DNA of 64,000 nucleotides from an uncultured Verrucomicrobiae bacterium (GTDB lineage: Bacteria; Verrucomicrobiota; Verrucomicrobiia; Palsa-1439). Both the position numbers and the translations under genes were made by a program. Below are positions 48,411 through 59,089 of the stretch, piece by piece; the stretch's first letter is position 1; each line of letters starts with the position of its first letter. The stretch lies in assembly GCA_963812605.1 (NCBI GenBank), contig CAWEWF010000005.1, forward strand, positions 32,001 through 96,000, in the 5' to 3' direction. The notes under the pieces were generated by a model. It saw only the letters and a program-made list of their open reading frames with translations. It had not been told where the DNA came from and searched no databases.

Positions 48411-49793
48411 AATTTTTCAACACGCTCACGCGGACGAAGGAAGAATTCGTTCCTCTCAAACCGCCGCAGGTCGGCCTGTACACCTGCGGCCCGACGGTGT
48501 ACGGCTTTGTTCACATCGGCAATCTGCGGGCGTTCCTGTTCGACGATTTGCTGCGCCGCTGGCTCGAGTACCGGGGCTTCAACGTCACCCACGTGATGAA
48601 CATCACCAACGTCGAAGACCGCATCATCAACAAAGTCCGCGAATCCGGCCAGTCGCTCAAGGAAGTCACCGATTTCTACACGACTGCTTTCCTAACCGAT
48701 CTCGACACGCTCAACGTCAAACGCGCCCACATCATCCCGCGCGCGACGGAAGCGATTGCCGGCATGATTGCGATGATCGAAAAGCTTATCGTCAAGAATC
48801 ACGCCTACGTGAGCGACGACAAATGCGTGTATTACTCGATCAAGTCGTTCCCCGATTATGGCAAACTTTCACATCGGCGGATCGCCGATCAGAGCGCGGC
48901 GGTTGAGCGCATTAAAAACGACGACTACGATAAGGAAGAAATGGCCGACTTCGCGTTGTGGAAGGCGTGGGACGAGAAAGACGGCGACGTAAAATGGGAT
49001 TCGCCCTGGGGCCGGGCCGACCGGGTTGGCACATCGAGTGTAGCGTGATGAGCATGCAACATCTCGGCGAAGTCTTCGACATCCATTGCGGCGGCGAAGA
49101 CCTGATCTTTCCCCATCACGAGGACGAAATCGCCCAGAGCGAGGCCGCGACCGGCAAGCCGTTCGTCCGGTACTGGCTGCACAATGCGCACTTGCTCGTG
49201 GAAGGCAAGAAGATGAGCAAACGGCTTGGCAATTACTACACGCTCCACGATTTGCTCGCCAAGGGTTGGACGGGGCGCGAAATCCGCTACGTCCTGGCGT
49301 CAGCCCACTACCGCGACCCCTGAATTTCACCTTCGACGGCTTGCAAGGCGCGCGCTCGGCGCTTCAGCGGATCGACGAGTTTCTCCTGAAGTTGCAGGAG
49401 ATGGCGAAACCGCCCTCATCAAATTATGAGCCGGTCCTTAGATTCCTAGTCGAATTCGATGCCAAAATGGACGACGATTTGAACATTAGCGGTGCGCTTG
49501 GAACAGTCTTTGATTTCATCCGATTTACGAACAAGAAGATCGTGGAGGGCTCGCTACGATCGCCAGATGCCCAAGACATTCTTGAGGAGTGGAAGAAAAT
49601 CGACGGCGTCCTCGGCTTCGGCGTGCCGATAAGGTCCGATGTGCCGGTTGCCGTTGAGCGCCTCCTTGTGGAACGCCAGATTGCCCGCAAAGCCAAGGAT
49701 TTCAGACACTCCGACGAAATCCGCGAGCAACTCGTGAATCTTGGTTGGACAGTCGAAGACACTCCGCAAGGCCCGCGAGCGAAAAAACTCTAA
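48407..49793 (+). CDS. cysS: Cysteine-tRNA ligase; two 1-nt frameshifts (~49012, ~49320)
   Basis: CGPTVY, HIGN, DFALWK | [20 protein letters not shown] | LNFT, DDLN; each join repaired by one base in a C/G run. Confidence 0.93.
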
Positions 49794-49832
49794 GCGCCGT
49801 TCCCGCCCAAGTAGCGGATTTCACAATGGTTA

Positions 49833-50647
49833 TCAAAGGTGAAGTGCCCTCTTCTGACGATGAGTCCTCCACAAGTGACCATGTTCGCAGCCGTAGTGAA
49901 TTGCATCAGTTGTGTATGACACGAGGCAGGGAAGACCGAGACAACCGGGCTCGCGACATTGGTCCGTCCGCTCGCCGCACGTGAGCATCTCTGATAGAGC
50001 ATCCATTGCATCGCCGGCGTCTGCGCCGGTAACTGTCACTGCGATATTAGCTCCGGGCTGCCCGGAAAGACAAAGAAGGCCCATGATGCTTCGGGTGTTT
50101 GTAATCGACTCTCCGTCAGAGAGTTGAATTGTTGAACTGAATCGATTGCCGAGTTTTAGAATCAGACAAGCTGTTCGAGCTCCCAATCGCCATTTGAGTT
50201 GGAACTGCCGTTGGACTCGTTTCGACGACCGCGCGCCAGCGACCGGTGGCAATCCGCAGTTAGCCGTCAGGTATTCGAGATCACTAGCGGCTTGGAGCGC
50301 CTGTTCCTTAATTTCTGAAAGGCTTCTTTCACCCGCAAGAAAAGCGCGATGAGGAAATTTTGGAATCCGATCACGGAGTTCAAGATCAAGCAGCGCGTCC
50401 CGGTCCAGATCGCTCTGAAGCAGGAAGGCGCGAATTATTGCGCCGTACTTGGCACATGCGCATGCCCGATGGTTACCATCTAGCACGACGTAGAATCTGC
50501 GACTCCGATCATAGGCTGGGAAGACCACGATTGGAGCCGTTCAATCCCCACTGCCAGATCCTCTCGGAGAGCGTGCCAATACGGAGTGTCGTCGCTGACT
50601 TGATTTGTCAGGACGATCTGCTTCGGAGGGACAACGATTGACTTCAT
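49833..50647 (-). CDS. Putative ParB/Srx-like + HPr-like + Cys/His-tail fusion protein (1-nt frameshift at ~50540)
   Basis: APIVV...YVVLDGNHRAC; LGARTA...FSSTI...RSIMGLL...GADAGDAMDAL; C-x4-C...CEHGHLW; upstream frame from ATG 50647. Confidence 0.65.
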
Positions 50648-51025
50648 TTCCCGAGTGTCAAATAGCCGAAAGCCCGAACGATAGTCGAATGGGTGGCTTT
50701 GAAGAGTTCACGGCGAGAAGTGTAGCGCAACAGAAATCCTTCGACAAGTCGGAGTTCCGGGATGCCACCGAGGCGAAAGACCCGCCCAAGACGTCTCCGT
50801 CATATAGATTATCTTGCGTAGGCTTGCGGCGTTTCCCCGCCAATGGCAAGGCAGCGTTTGTTGAATGCCCGCTGTGGTCGCAATGAACTTGAAGAAGTCG
50901 TGACCTTGCGGCACTTGACCAGTGACACGGACTTGTGTTCCGCGGGTCCACAGCCCTCGCCATGACCCTCCTCATTCAGCGTTGGATTGACAAGGCCGTC
51001 TCGATATGATGTTTGTGTCTCAGCA

Positions 51026-53092
51026 ATGAAGCGCTATCCGCCGATCAATCCCAAGTGCCCGCATTTCCTCCACGGCGGCGATTACAATCCCGACCAGTGG
51101 TTGCAGGCGCCGGAGGTGTTGAAGGAAGACCTGCGATTGATGAAGCTCGCGCACTGCAATGCGATGTCGGTCGGCATTTTCTCGTGGGCCGCGCTGGAAC
51201 CGGAAGAGGGCCGGTTCACTTTCGATTGGCTCGACCGTGTGTTGGACGATCTTGCAAAGAATGGGGTGTTCGCGGTTCTCGCCACACCCAGCGGCGCGCG
51301 TCCTGCATGGATGTCGCAGAAATATCCGGAAGTCCTGCGCGTGAACGCCGACCGGGTCCGCATCCTTCACGGGGCCCGTCACAATCACTGTTACACGTCG
51401 CCGGTTTATCGCGAGAAAACGGCGATCATCAATCGCAAGTTGGCCGAGCGGTACAAGGATCATCCCGCCTTGTTGCTGTGGCATCTCTCGAACGAATACA
51501 GCGGCGAGTGCCATTGCCCGCTGTGCCAGGACGCATTTCGCGCGTGGCTCAAACGACGCTACACTTCGCTCGATGCTGTTGAACCAGGCATGGTGGACCG
51601 CTTTTTGGAGCCATACTTACACCGATTGGTCACAAATTGAATCGCCCGCACCGCATGGCGAGTGGGCGGTTCATGGGCTCAACCTCGACTGGAAGCGGTT
51701 TGTGACCCATCAGACGACCGATTTCATGAAACATGAGATCAGGCCGTTACGCGAGATCACGCCGAAGGTGCCCGTGACCACGAACATGATGGGCACGTAC
51801 ACGGGGTTGGACTATTGGAAGATGGCGCCCGAGCTGGATGTCGTCTCTTGGGACAGCTATCCCGCGTGGCACGGACAAGAAGAGGATTGGCGATTGGGGA
51901 GTTCGATTTCTTTCGTGCACGACATTTATCGTTGTCTGAAAGGCGGCAAGCCGTTCCTCTTGATGGAGAGCACGCCGAGCTTCACGAACTGGCAGGAGGT
52001 CTGCAAGCTCAAGCGCCCCAACATGCACCGGCTCTCGTCGTTACAGGCCGTCGCCCACGGCGCAGATAGCGTGCAATATTTTCAATGGCGCAAAAGCCGC
52101 GGGGCGTTCGAGAAGTTTCACGGCGCGGTTGTCGATCATGTCGGCCACGAAAACACGCGTACATTCCGCGATGTCGCGGAAGTGGGGCAGGTTTTGGAGA
52201 AGCTGGACGCGGTCGTTGGCACAACGATTCGTCCGGAAGTGGCGGTCATCTACGACTGGGAAAACGAGTGGGCCATTGGCGACTTGCAGGGATTGTCGCG
52301 GAAACGTCGTGATTATGGCGGGACTTGCGTGGCGCAATACCGGCCATTTTGGTCGCGCGGCGTGCCCGTCGATGTGATCAACATGGACGGCGATTTTACG
52401 GGCTACAAACTGCTGATCGCCCCCATGCTTTACATGCTGCGACCCGGTGTCGCGGAGCGGATCGAAAGATTTGTGAAACGGGGCGGCGTATTCGTCACGA
52501 CCTACTGTAGCGGAATCGTCAATGAAACCGATCTCTGTTTCCTCGGCGGGTTTCCCGGACCGCTGCGCAAGGTCCTCGGCATTTGGTCCGAGGAAATCGA
52601 CGCGCTTTACGAAGGGGAGACGAATGTCGTTCTGCCCGTCGCGAAGAATGGTCTCGGGCTCGCTGGCCGGTATCAGGCGCGCGAGCTCTGCGATCTCATT
52701 CATGCGGAGACGGCGCAGGTGCTGGCGAAATACGGCGCGGACTTCTACAAAGGCCGTCCCGCGCTAACCGTGAATACATTCGGCAAGGGCCGGGCGTATT
52801 ACATTGCCTCGCGCAACGACGACCGTTTCCATGAAAGCTTTTACGGCGGGCTATCGGCCAACTTGGCCTGAAACGGACTCTCCGCGCCAACCTGCCCAAA
52901 GGCGTCACCGCCCAGATGCGCACCGATGGCGAGCATGACTTTGTGTTCCTGTTGAATTTCCAGCCCGCGGCCCGCAAGGTGAATTTCAGCCGCGAAGCGT
53001 TCACGGACATGACCTGCGGTAAGAGCGTCAAAGGAACCGTCACCATGCCCGCTTACGGCTCGCTGGTCTTGCGCCGCCCGCACGCTGCGTAG
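51026..53092 (+). CDS. GH42 beta-galactosidase; two 1-nt frameshifts (~51578, ~52865)
   Basis: HGGDYNPDQW, WHLSNEY (acid/base), LMESTP (nucleophile), EKFHGA; C-terminal LPKGVTAQMR...YGSLVL in a shifted frame. Confidence 0.92.
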
Positions 53093-53131
53093 GTTGACAA
53101 TCGGCGGCGGGTGTGGTGAGTTAGCGGTGCC

Positions 53132-54246
53132 ATGATTGAAGATTTCAAGAACAAGGTGAGCGATTTGCGCGAACGCCATCAGGCGTTAACGAGGTATCTT
53201 TGACGTCGACAAACAACGCGCTCGCCTCGTCGAGCTAGAGAACATCATGGCCGGCCCGACTTTTTGGGCCGATCAAGCCAAAGCCCGCACGATCCTGGAC
53301 GAAGCGACCACGATTCGCCGCAAACTCGACACGCAGGCGGCCCTCGACCAAAAAATCTCCGACGCGGCCATGCTCATCGACCTCGGTGAAACGGAGCAGG
53401 GGATTGCGGCGGAGGTCAATGCCGCCGAGCAGAAGTTCAACCAATTCGAGTTGGAAAACCTTCTCGGCGAGGAACACGACAAGTCCAACGCCATCTTCAG
53501 CATCCATGCGGGCGCGGGCGGCACGGAGAGTTGCGATTGGGCGAACATGCTCCTGCGCATGTACCAGCGCTACTCCGAATCGCGCGGCTTCAAGGTCGAC
53601 CTGGTGGACATCCAAGGCCGGCGATGAAGCGGGCATCAAGAGCGTCACCATGCTGGTGAGCGGCGAGTACGCCTACGGCTACCTGAAGGCCGAGCGCGGG
53701 GTGCATCGGCTCGTGCGGATTTCGCCGTTCGACTCGAACAAGCGCCGCCACACGTCTTTTGCCAGCGTGGACGTGATCGCGGAATTGGGCGCGTCGGCCG
53801 AAATCGAAATCAAGATGGAAGACGTGCAAGTGGACACGTTCCGGTCCGGTGGCAAGGGTGGACAGAATGTAAACAAGGTCGAGACGGCGATCCGCATGAC
53901 CCATCTGCCGACCGGCATCGTGGTGCAGTGCCAAAACCAACGCAGCCAGTACCAGAACCGCGAGCTGGCGATAGCCATGTTGAAGTCACGCCTCTACGAA
54001 AAGGAGCAGGACGAGAAGCGCGCCGCGATGGAGAAATACTACGGAGAGAAGGGCGCCATGGCCTGGGGCAACCAGATTCGCAGTTATGTGTTCCAGCCGT
54101 ACCAAATGGTCAAGGACCTGCGCACTGGCCACCAAACCAGCGACGTGCAGGGCGTGATGGACGGCGATCTCCAGCCCTTCATCAGCGCCTGGCTCAAAGC
54201 GGGCCAGCCGCGTAACCGCAAGCAGGGTGTGACAGATGAAGAATAA
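53132..54246 (+). CDS. prfB: Peptide chain release factor 2 (programmed +1 frameshift at 53201; additional apparent error at ~53615)
   Basis: 23-codon ORF ending CTT TGA C; GAGGTES, SPF and GGQ motifs. Confidence 0.96.
53191..53204 (+). promoter_or_regulatory. RF2 autoregulatory frameshift signal
   Basis: GAGG-TAT-CTT-TGA-C: internal SD, slippery Leu codon, weak stop. Confidence 0.95.
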
Positions 54247-55033
54247 GGTGAACATCCTCGACACAATTGTCGCCGAGAAGAAACTGGAGGTGGCGAAGCT
54301 GCGTCCGCAGGCGGGCAAGCTGAAGCAGGCGGCGGCGGAGCGCAAGGACTTCCGCGATTTTGCCGGCGCATTGCGTAGGGACGATGGTGTGACACTGATT
54401 GCTGAAATCAAGAAGGCGTCGCCGTCGGCTGGGTTGATCCTGAAGGATTTCGATGCAATTCGCATTGCCCGTGATTACGAGGGCGCGGGCGCTGCGGCGT
54501 TGTCGGTGTTGACCGATGAGAAGTTTTTTCAGGGACGCATCGAATATTTGCAACTAATCCGTGATGCGGTGAAGCTGCCGCTGCTGCGAAAGGACTTTAT
54601 TATCGATGAATTGCAAATTCATGAGTCCGCCGCGCGTGGCGCCGATGCGATTTTGCTGATCGTCGCGATTCTCGATGACGCGCAACTAAAGGGATTTCGT
54701 GAGTTGGCGTCACAACTGCGGTTGGCGGTGCTGGTAGAAGTCCATGACGAAGCGGAACTGGATCGGGCGCTGGCTTCCGGGGCGGAGATTATCGGGGTCA
54801 ACAATCGCGACTTGCGCGATTTTTCAGTGAGCCTGGCGACGACCGAGAAGCTCGCGATGAAATTGAAGCGCGGGATGTGCGGAAAGCACACCTTGGTGGC
54901 CGAGAGCGGCATTCATGTCCGAACAGATGTCGAACGGGTGGCAAAAGCCGGGGCAAACGCGGTCCTCGTAGGTGAATCCTTGATGCGCAGCGGCGATATT
55001 GCGGGGAAGGTGAGAGAACTGCTCGGCAAATGA
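54236..55033 (+). CDS. trpC: Indole-3-glycerol phosphate synthase
   Basis: [35 protein letters not shown]. Confidence 0.96.
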   Translation: MKNKVNILDTIVAEKKLEVAKLRPQAGKLKQAAAERKDFRDFAGALRRDDGVTLIAEIKKASPSAGLILKDFDAIRIARDYEGAGAAALSVLTDEKFFQGRIEYLQLIRDAVKLPLLRKDFIIDELQIHESAARGADAILLIVAILDDAQLKGFRELASQLRLAVLVEVHDEAELDRALASGAEIIGVNNRDLRDFSVSLATTEKLAMKLKRGMCGKHTLVAESGIHVRTDVERVAKAGANAVLVGESLMRSGDIAGKVRELLGK

Positions 55034-55647
55034 ACACCAAGATCAAAATCTGCGGCACGACGAACCTGAACGATGCGCTGTTGGCGGTGGAACTCGGCGC
55101 GGATGCGCTCGGCTTCATTTTCTACGCGAAAAGCCCGCGTTCGATCAGCGTGAGCGACGCGGCCAATATCTGCAATGCCTTGCCGCCGTTCGTGACCAAG
55201 GTGGGCGTATTTGTCGATGAACTGGAATACGAGATTGAGAAGGCGTTGAATGAGTGCCTGCTCAACGCGTTGCAGTTTCATGGCGACGAGCCGCCGGGCT
55301 TCTGCCAGAAGTTCGCCGCGAAGTCGATCAAGGCCATTCGCATGCGGGATGAAGACTCCTTGCGGATGGCCGCGGAGTACGATGTTGACGCGCTCTTGTT
55401 GGATACCTACACTGACGAATCGCGAGGTGGCACGGGCAAGACGTTCGACTGGTCGCTGGCGGTACGCGCGAAGGAGATTGGAACGCCAATCATCCTTTCG
55501 GGCGGTTTGACAACGGCCAACGTGCAGGAAGCCATTCGGCGCGTCCGTCCCTACGCGGTGGACGTGGCCAGCGGGGTGGAGCGCGAGGCGGGCAAGAAGG
55601 ATCCGGAGAAGCTGCGGAGATTCATCGAATTGTGCAAAAGCACCTGA
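55030..55647 (+). CDS. trpF: Phosphoribosylanthranilate isomerase
   Basis: [29 protein letters not shown]. Confidence 0.96.
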   Translation: MNTKIKICGTTNLNDALLAVELGADALGFIFYAKSPRSISVSDAANICNALPPFVTKVGVFVDELEYEIEKALNECLLNALQFHGDEPPGFCQKFAAKSIKAIRMRDEDSLRMAAEYDVDALLLDTYTDESRGGTGKTFDWSLAVRAKEIGTPIILSGGLTTANVQEAIRRVRPYAVDVASGVEREAGKKDPEKLRRFIELCKST

Positions 55648-56834
55648 CAACCGTACCCGACAAAGGCGGCCATTTTGGGCCGTACGGCGGCATGTTCGTG
55701 CCGGAGACGTTGATGGAGCCGCTGCACGAACTGGCCCGCGAGTACGAGAAGGCGCGCCGGGACAAAGAATTCCGGGACGAGCTCGCCTATTATCTGCGCG
55801 AATACTGCGGTCGCCCGACGCCGCTGTATCTTGCCGAGCGGATGACCCGCGAGCTCGGCGGGCCGAAGATTTATCTGAAGCGCGAGGATTTGCTGCACAC
55901 CGGCGCGCACAAGATCAACAACACCATCGGCCAGATTCTCCTCGCCAAGCGGATGGGCAAGCGTCGCATCATCGCCGAGACCGGTGCCGGTCAGCACGGG
56001 GTTGCCACGGCGACCGTGGCGGCGATGTTTGGCTTGGAATGCGCTGTGTACATGGGCGCGGTGGATATGGAGCGCCAGTCGTTGAACGTCTATCGCATGC
56101 GCCTGCTGGGCGCGGAAGTGCGCGCGGTCAACGCGGGCCAGAAGACGCTCAAGGAAGCCATCAACGAAGCGATGCGCGATTGGGTGACGAACGTCCGCAC
56201 GACGCATTACATCCTCGGCAGCGTCCTCGGGGCGCATCCGTACCCGATGATGGTGCGCGATTTCCAGAGCGTGATCGGACGCGAGGCGCGGCGGCAGATT
56301 TTGGAGAAGGAAGAACGGCTGCCGGACGAACTCGTGGCCTGCGTCGGCGGCGGCAGCAATGCCATCGGATTGTTCCACGCCTTCCTGAATGACAAGGGCG
56401 TGCGGATGGTCGGCGTCGAAGCCGGTGGCGAAGGAATCCGGGCGGGCAAGCATGCGGCGCGTTTCCAGAAAGGCGGTTCGCTCGGCGTGTTGCAGGGTAC
56501 GCGCACGTTCGTATTGCAGGACGACGACGGCCAGATCATGCTCACGCATTCCGTTTCGGCCGGACTCGATTACGCGGCGGTCGGTCCGGAGCACAGTCAT
56601 CTGCGGGATTTGAAGCGGGCCCGGTACACGTACGCCACGGACAATGAGGCGCTCGAAGCCGCGAAGTTCTGTTCGCGAATCGAGGGCATCATTCCGGCGC
56701 TCGAATCAGCGCACGCGGTCGCATATGTCATGAAGAACGCAAAGAAGCTTGGCCGGGAGGCCATCGTGATTGTCAACCTGAGCGGCCGTGGCGACAAGGA
56801 TGTCAGCCAGATGGCAAAATTATTGAAGCTATAA
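55632..56834 (+). CDS. trpB: Tryptophan synthase beta chain
   Basis: [41 protein letters not shown]. Confidence 0.97.
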   Translation: MQKHLTTVPDKGGHFGPYGGMFVPETLMEPLHELAREYEKARRDKEFRDELAYYLREYCGRPTPLYLAERMTRELGGPKIYLKREDLLHTGAHKINNTIGQILLAKRMGKRRIIAETGAGQHGVATATVAAMFGLECAVYMGAVDMERQSLNVYRMRLLGAEVRAVNAGQKTLKEAINEAMRDWVTNVRTTHYILGSVLGAHPYPMMVRDFQSVIGREARRQILEKEERLPDELVACVGGGSNAIGLFHAFLNDKGVRMVGVEAGGEGIRAGKHAARFQKGGSLGVLQGTRTFVLQDDDGQIMLTHSVSAGLDYAAVGPEHSHLRDLKRARYTYATDNEALEAAKFCSRIEGIIPALESAHAVAYVMKNAKKLGREAIVIVNLSGRGDKDVSQMAKLLKL

Positions 56835-56999
56835 GACCGTATTTCCGATGCTGGCACTACCAAAAACGATTGGTTCAGCGGCTCCCGGGACCCGGTGGCG
56901 CCGTGCTGGTGCTGGCTTTGTGGCTGCCGCTGTATGTGTTTATCGTCTGGCCCGCGCTCTTTGCGTTGCTGGGCAATTTCCGATTGAAATGAGGATGGC

Positions 57000-57878
57000 A
57001 TGAGATCAATGACCGGCTATGGCCGCGGGGACGCGGGGAAAGATGGGTTCAAGTTCACGGTTGAACTCAACTCGATCAACCGCAAACAGAGCGACATTTC
57101 GATCAACCTGCCGAAAGAGCTCATCGAGCTCGAGCCGCGCATCCGCGACGAGATCAACGCGCATCTTTCGCGCGGTCGCATCAACGTGGTGGTCGCCTTT
57201 CACCGGACCAACGCCAAGCCGGAGGACCAGGTCGAACTGGACACGGCGCTGGCAAAAGCCTACCACCGCGCGATCCAGAAACTACAAAAGGAAGTGAAAC
57301 TCAACGGCTCGCTGACACTGGATACGATTCTCCGGGCACCGGGCGTCATGAAACTGGGCGAGACTACGGTGGACGCGGAAAGCGTCTGGCCCCACGTGGA
57401 AGCCGCGTTGCGCAAGGCCATTGGGGGGCTGGTTCGGATGCGCGAGAAAGAGGGCAAATTCCTCGCCAACGATCTTGCAGCGCGGCTGGGCTTATTGGAA
57501 AACGGGTTGCAACTGATCGCCAAGACGGCCCCGGAAATCATCACACGCTATCGAGAACAATTGCATGCGCGGATCAAGGAGGCGGGGCTGGACGTTTCGC
57601 TGGATGATGAGCGGCTGGTGAAGGAGGTCGTTTTCTTCGCTGATCGCGCCGACATCTCGGAGGAAATCACCAGGCTCAGCAGCCACCTGAAGCAGTTCCG
57701 GGATTGCCTCAAGCCCGGTGAGCCCGTCGGGCGCACCCTGGATTTTCTGGCACAGGAGATGGGACGGGAGATCAATACCATCGGATCCAAGGCGAACGCG
57801 GCGGAGATTTCGCAGCAGGTCGTGAAGATGAAGGCCGAGTTGGAAAAAATCCGCGAACAGATCCAGAACGTCGAATGA
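57000..57878 (+). CDS. YicC/YloC-family endoribonuclease
   Basis: MRSMTGYG, DISEEITRL, GRTLDFLAQEMGREINTIGSK, REQIQNVE. Confidence 0.95.
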   Translation: MRSMTGYGRGDAGKDGFKFTVELNSINRKQSDISINLPKELIELEPRIRDEINAHLSRGRINVVVAFHRTNAKPEDQVELDTALAKAYHRAIQKLQKEVKLNGSLTLDTILRAPGVMKLGETTVDAESVWPHVEAALRKAIGGLVRMREKEGKFLANDLAARLGLLENGLQLIAKTAPEIITRYREQLHARIKEAGLDVSLDDERLVKEVVFFADRADISEEITRLSSHLKQFRDCLKPGEPVGRTLDFLAQEMGREINTIGSKANAAEISQQVVKMKAELEKIREQIQNVE

Positions 57879-58540
57879 ACGAGTCTACCACCATTCCGCC
57901 GCGCACGGGCCTCATTCTTGTCGTCTCCGCGCCTTCGGGCGGCGGGAAAAGTTCGCTGTGCCAGCGGTTGTTGAACTGGGCGCCGAACATGGTCTACTCG
58001 GTTTCCTGCACGACGCGGGAGCCGCGTGGCGGCGAACAAAACGGTCGCGATTACTTTTTTCTGAGCGTGGAAGAATTCGAGAGGAAAATTGCGGCGGGTG
58101 AGTTTCTGGAGTACGCGAAGTACAACAACCATTATTACGGCACCCCGCGCAGCTTTGTCGAAGAGCAACTGGCCGCCGGGTGCGACGTGCTGTTGGACAT
58201 CGAGGTGCAGGGGGCGCAACAGGTGGCCCAGTGCGTGCGCGGCGGCGGGTTTGCCTATCCCGATGCGCTGGTGATGATTTTCCTGATGCCGCCATCGTTG
58301 GAATTGCTGGAGACACGGTTGCGCCGTCGCGGGACGGACAGCGACGAGACAATCCGCAAACGGCTGACGCTGGCGCAAGCGGAGATGAAGCATTGGGCGG
58401 AGTACGATTACGTGATTGTCAGCGGCCGGCTGGATGACGATTTCGAACAGGGCAAGGCAATTGTTATTGCCGAGAAGTGCCGCACGACGCGTGTAGCAAA
58501 GGACGATAAACCATGGCAGCAAAAAGAACTATCCTTCTAG
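57875..58540 (+). CDS. gmk: Guanylate kinase
   Basis: SAPSGGGKS, SCTTREPR.GE.NGRDYFF, YYGT, DIEVQG. Confidence 0.96.
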   Translation: MNESTTIPPRTGLILVVSAPSGGGKSSLCQRLLNWAPNMVYSVSCTTREPRGGEQNGRDYFFLSVEEFERKIAAGEFLEYAKYNNHYYGTPRSFVEEQLAAGCDVLLDIEVQGAQQVAQCVRGGGFAYPDALVMIFLMPPSLELLETRLRRRGTDSDETIRKRLTLAQAEMKHWAEYDYVIVSGRLDDDFEQGKAIVIAEKCRTTRVAKDDKPWQQKELSF

Positions 58541-59064
58541 GCGTCACGGGTTCCATCGCGGCATACAAGTCCGCCGACTTGGCGAGCCAACTGAAGAAGC
58601 TCGGCCATGACGTGTTTTGCGTGATGACGAGGGACGCGTCGCGTTTTATTACGCCCCTGACCTTGCAGACGCTCTCGCAGCATCCCGTGACGACCGATCT
58701 CTTTGAGGAAGGCGAAGGAGACTGGCGGCCGAGCCATCTGCAACTGGCCGACACTGCCGATCTGCTGATCATCTCGCCGGCCACCGCCAATGTTATCGCC
58801 AAGCTCGCCCATGGCATTGCCGACGACGCGCTGAGTACGATTGCCCTTGCGTTGCGTCCCAAGGCCAAGGTGCTTGTCGCGCCCGCGATGAACGGCAAGA
58901 TGTGGCTGCACCCGGCGACGCAGGCGAACGTAAAACTCCTGCGGTCGCGCGGCGTCGAATTCATCGGGCCCGATAAAGGTTTGCTGGCTTGCGGTTACGA
59001 AGGCATCGGGCGGCTGTGGAATGTGGATGAGATCGTGAAGAAGATTCAGAAGACGCTTGGATGA
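58513..59064 (+). CDS. coaC: Phosphopantothenoylcysteine decarboxylase (stand-alone CoaC)
   Basis: GVTGSIAAYK, PATAN, APAMN, LACG..GIGR. Confidence 0.9.
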   Translation: MAAKRTILLGVTGSIAAYKSADLASQLKKLGHDVFCVMTRDASRFITPLTLQTLSQHPVTTDLFEEGEGDWRPSHLQLADTADLLIISPATANVIAKLAHGIADDALSTIALALRPKAKVLVAPAMNGKMWLHPATQANVKLLRSRGVEFIGPDKGLLACGYEGIGRLWNVDEIVKKIQKTLG

Positions 59065-59089
59065 ACTCGTCATTCTGAGCGAAGCCAGG

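Noticed and set aside
48407-49793. cysS as a true pseudogene or recoded gene
   Set aside because: All catalytic motifs are intact and both breaks are single-base losses in C/G runs within an error-dense interval
50650-50980. Possible ncRNA or small genes between the fusion gene and GH42
   Set aside because: Short ORFs have no motifs and I could not find a consistent fold or known RNA signature
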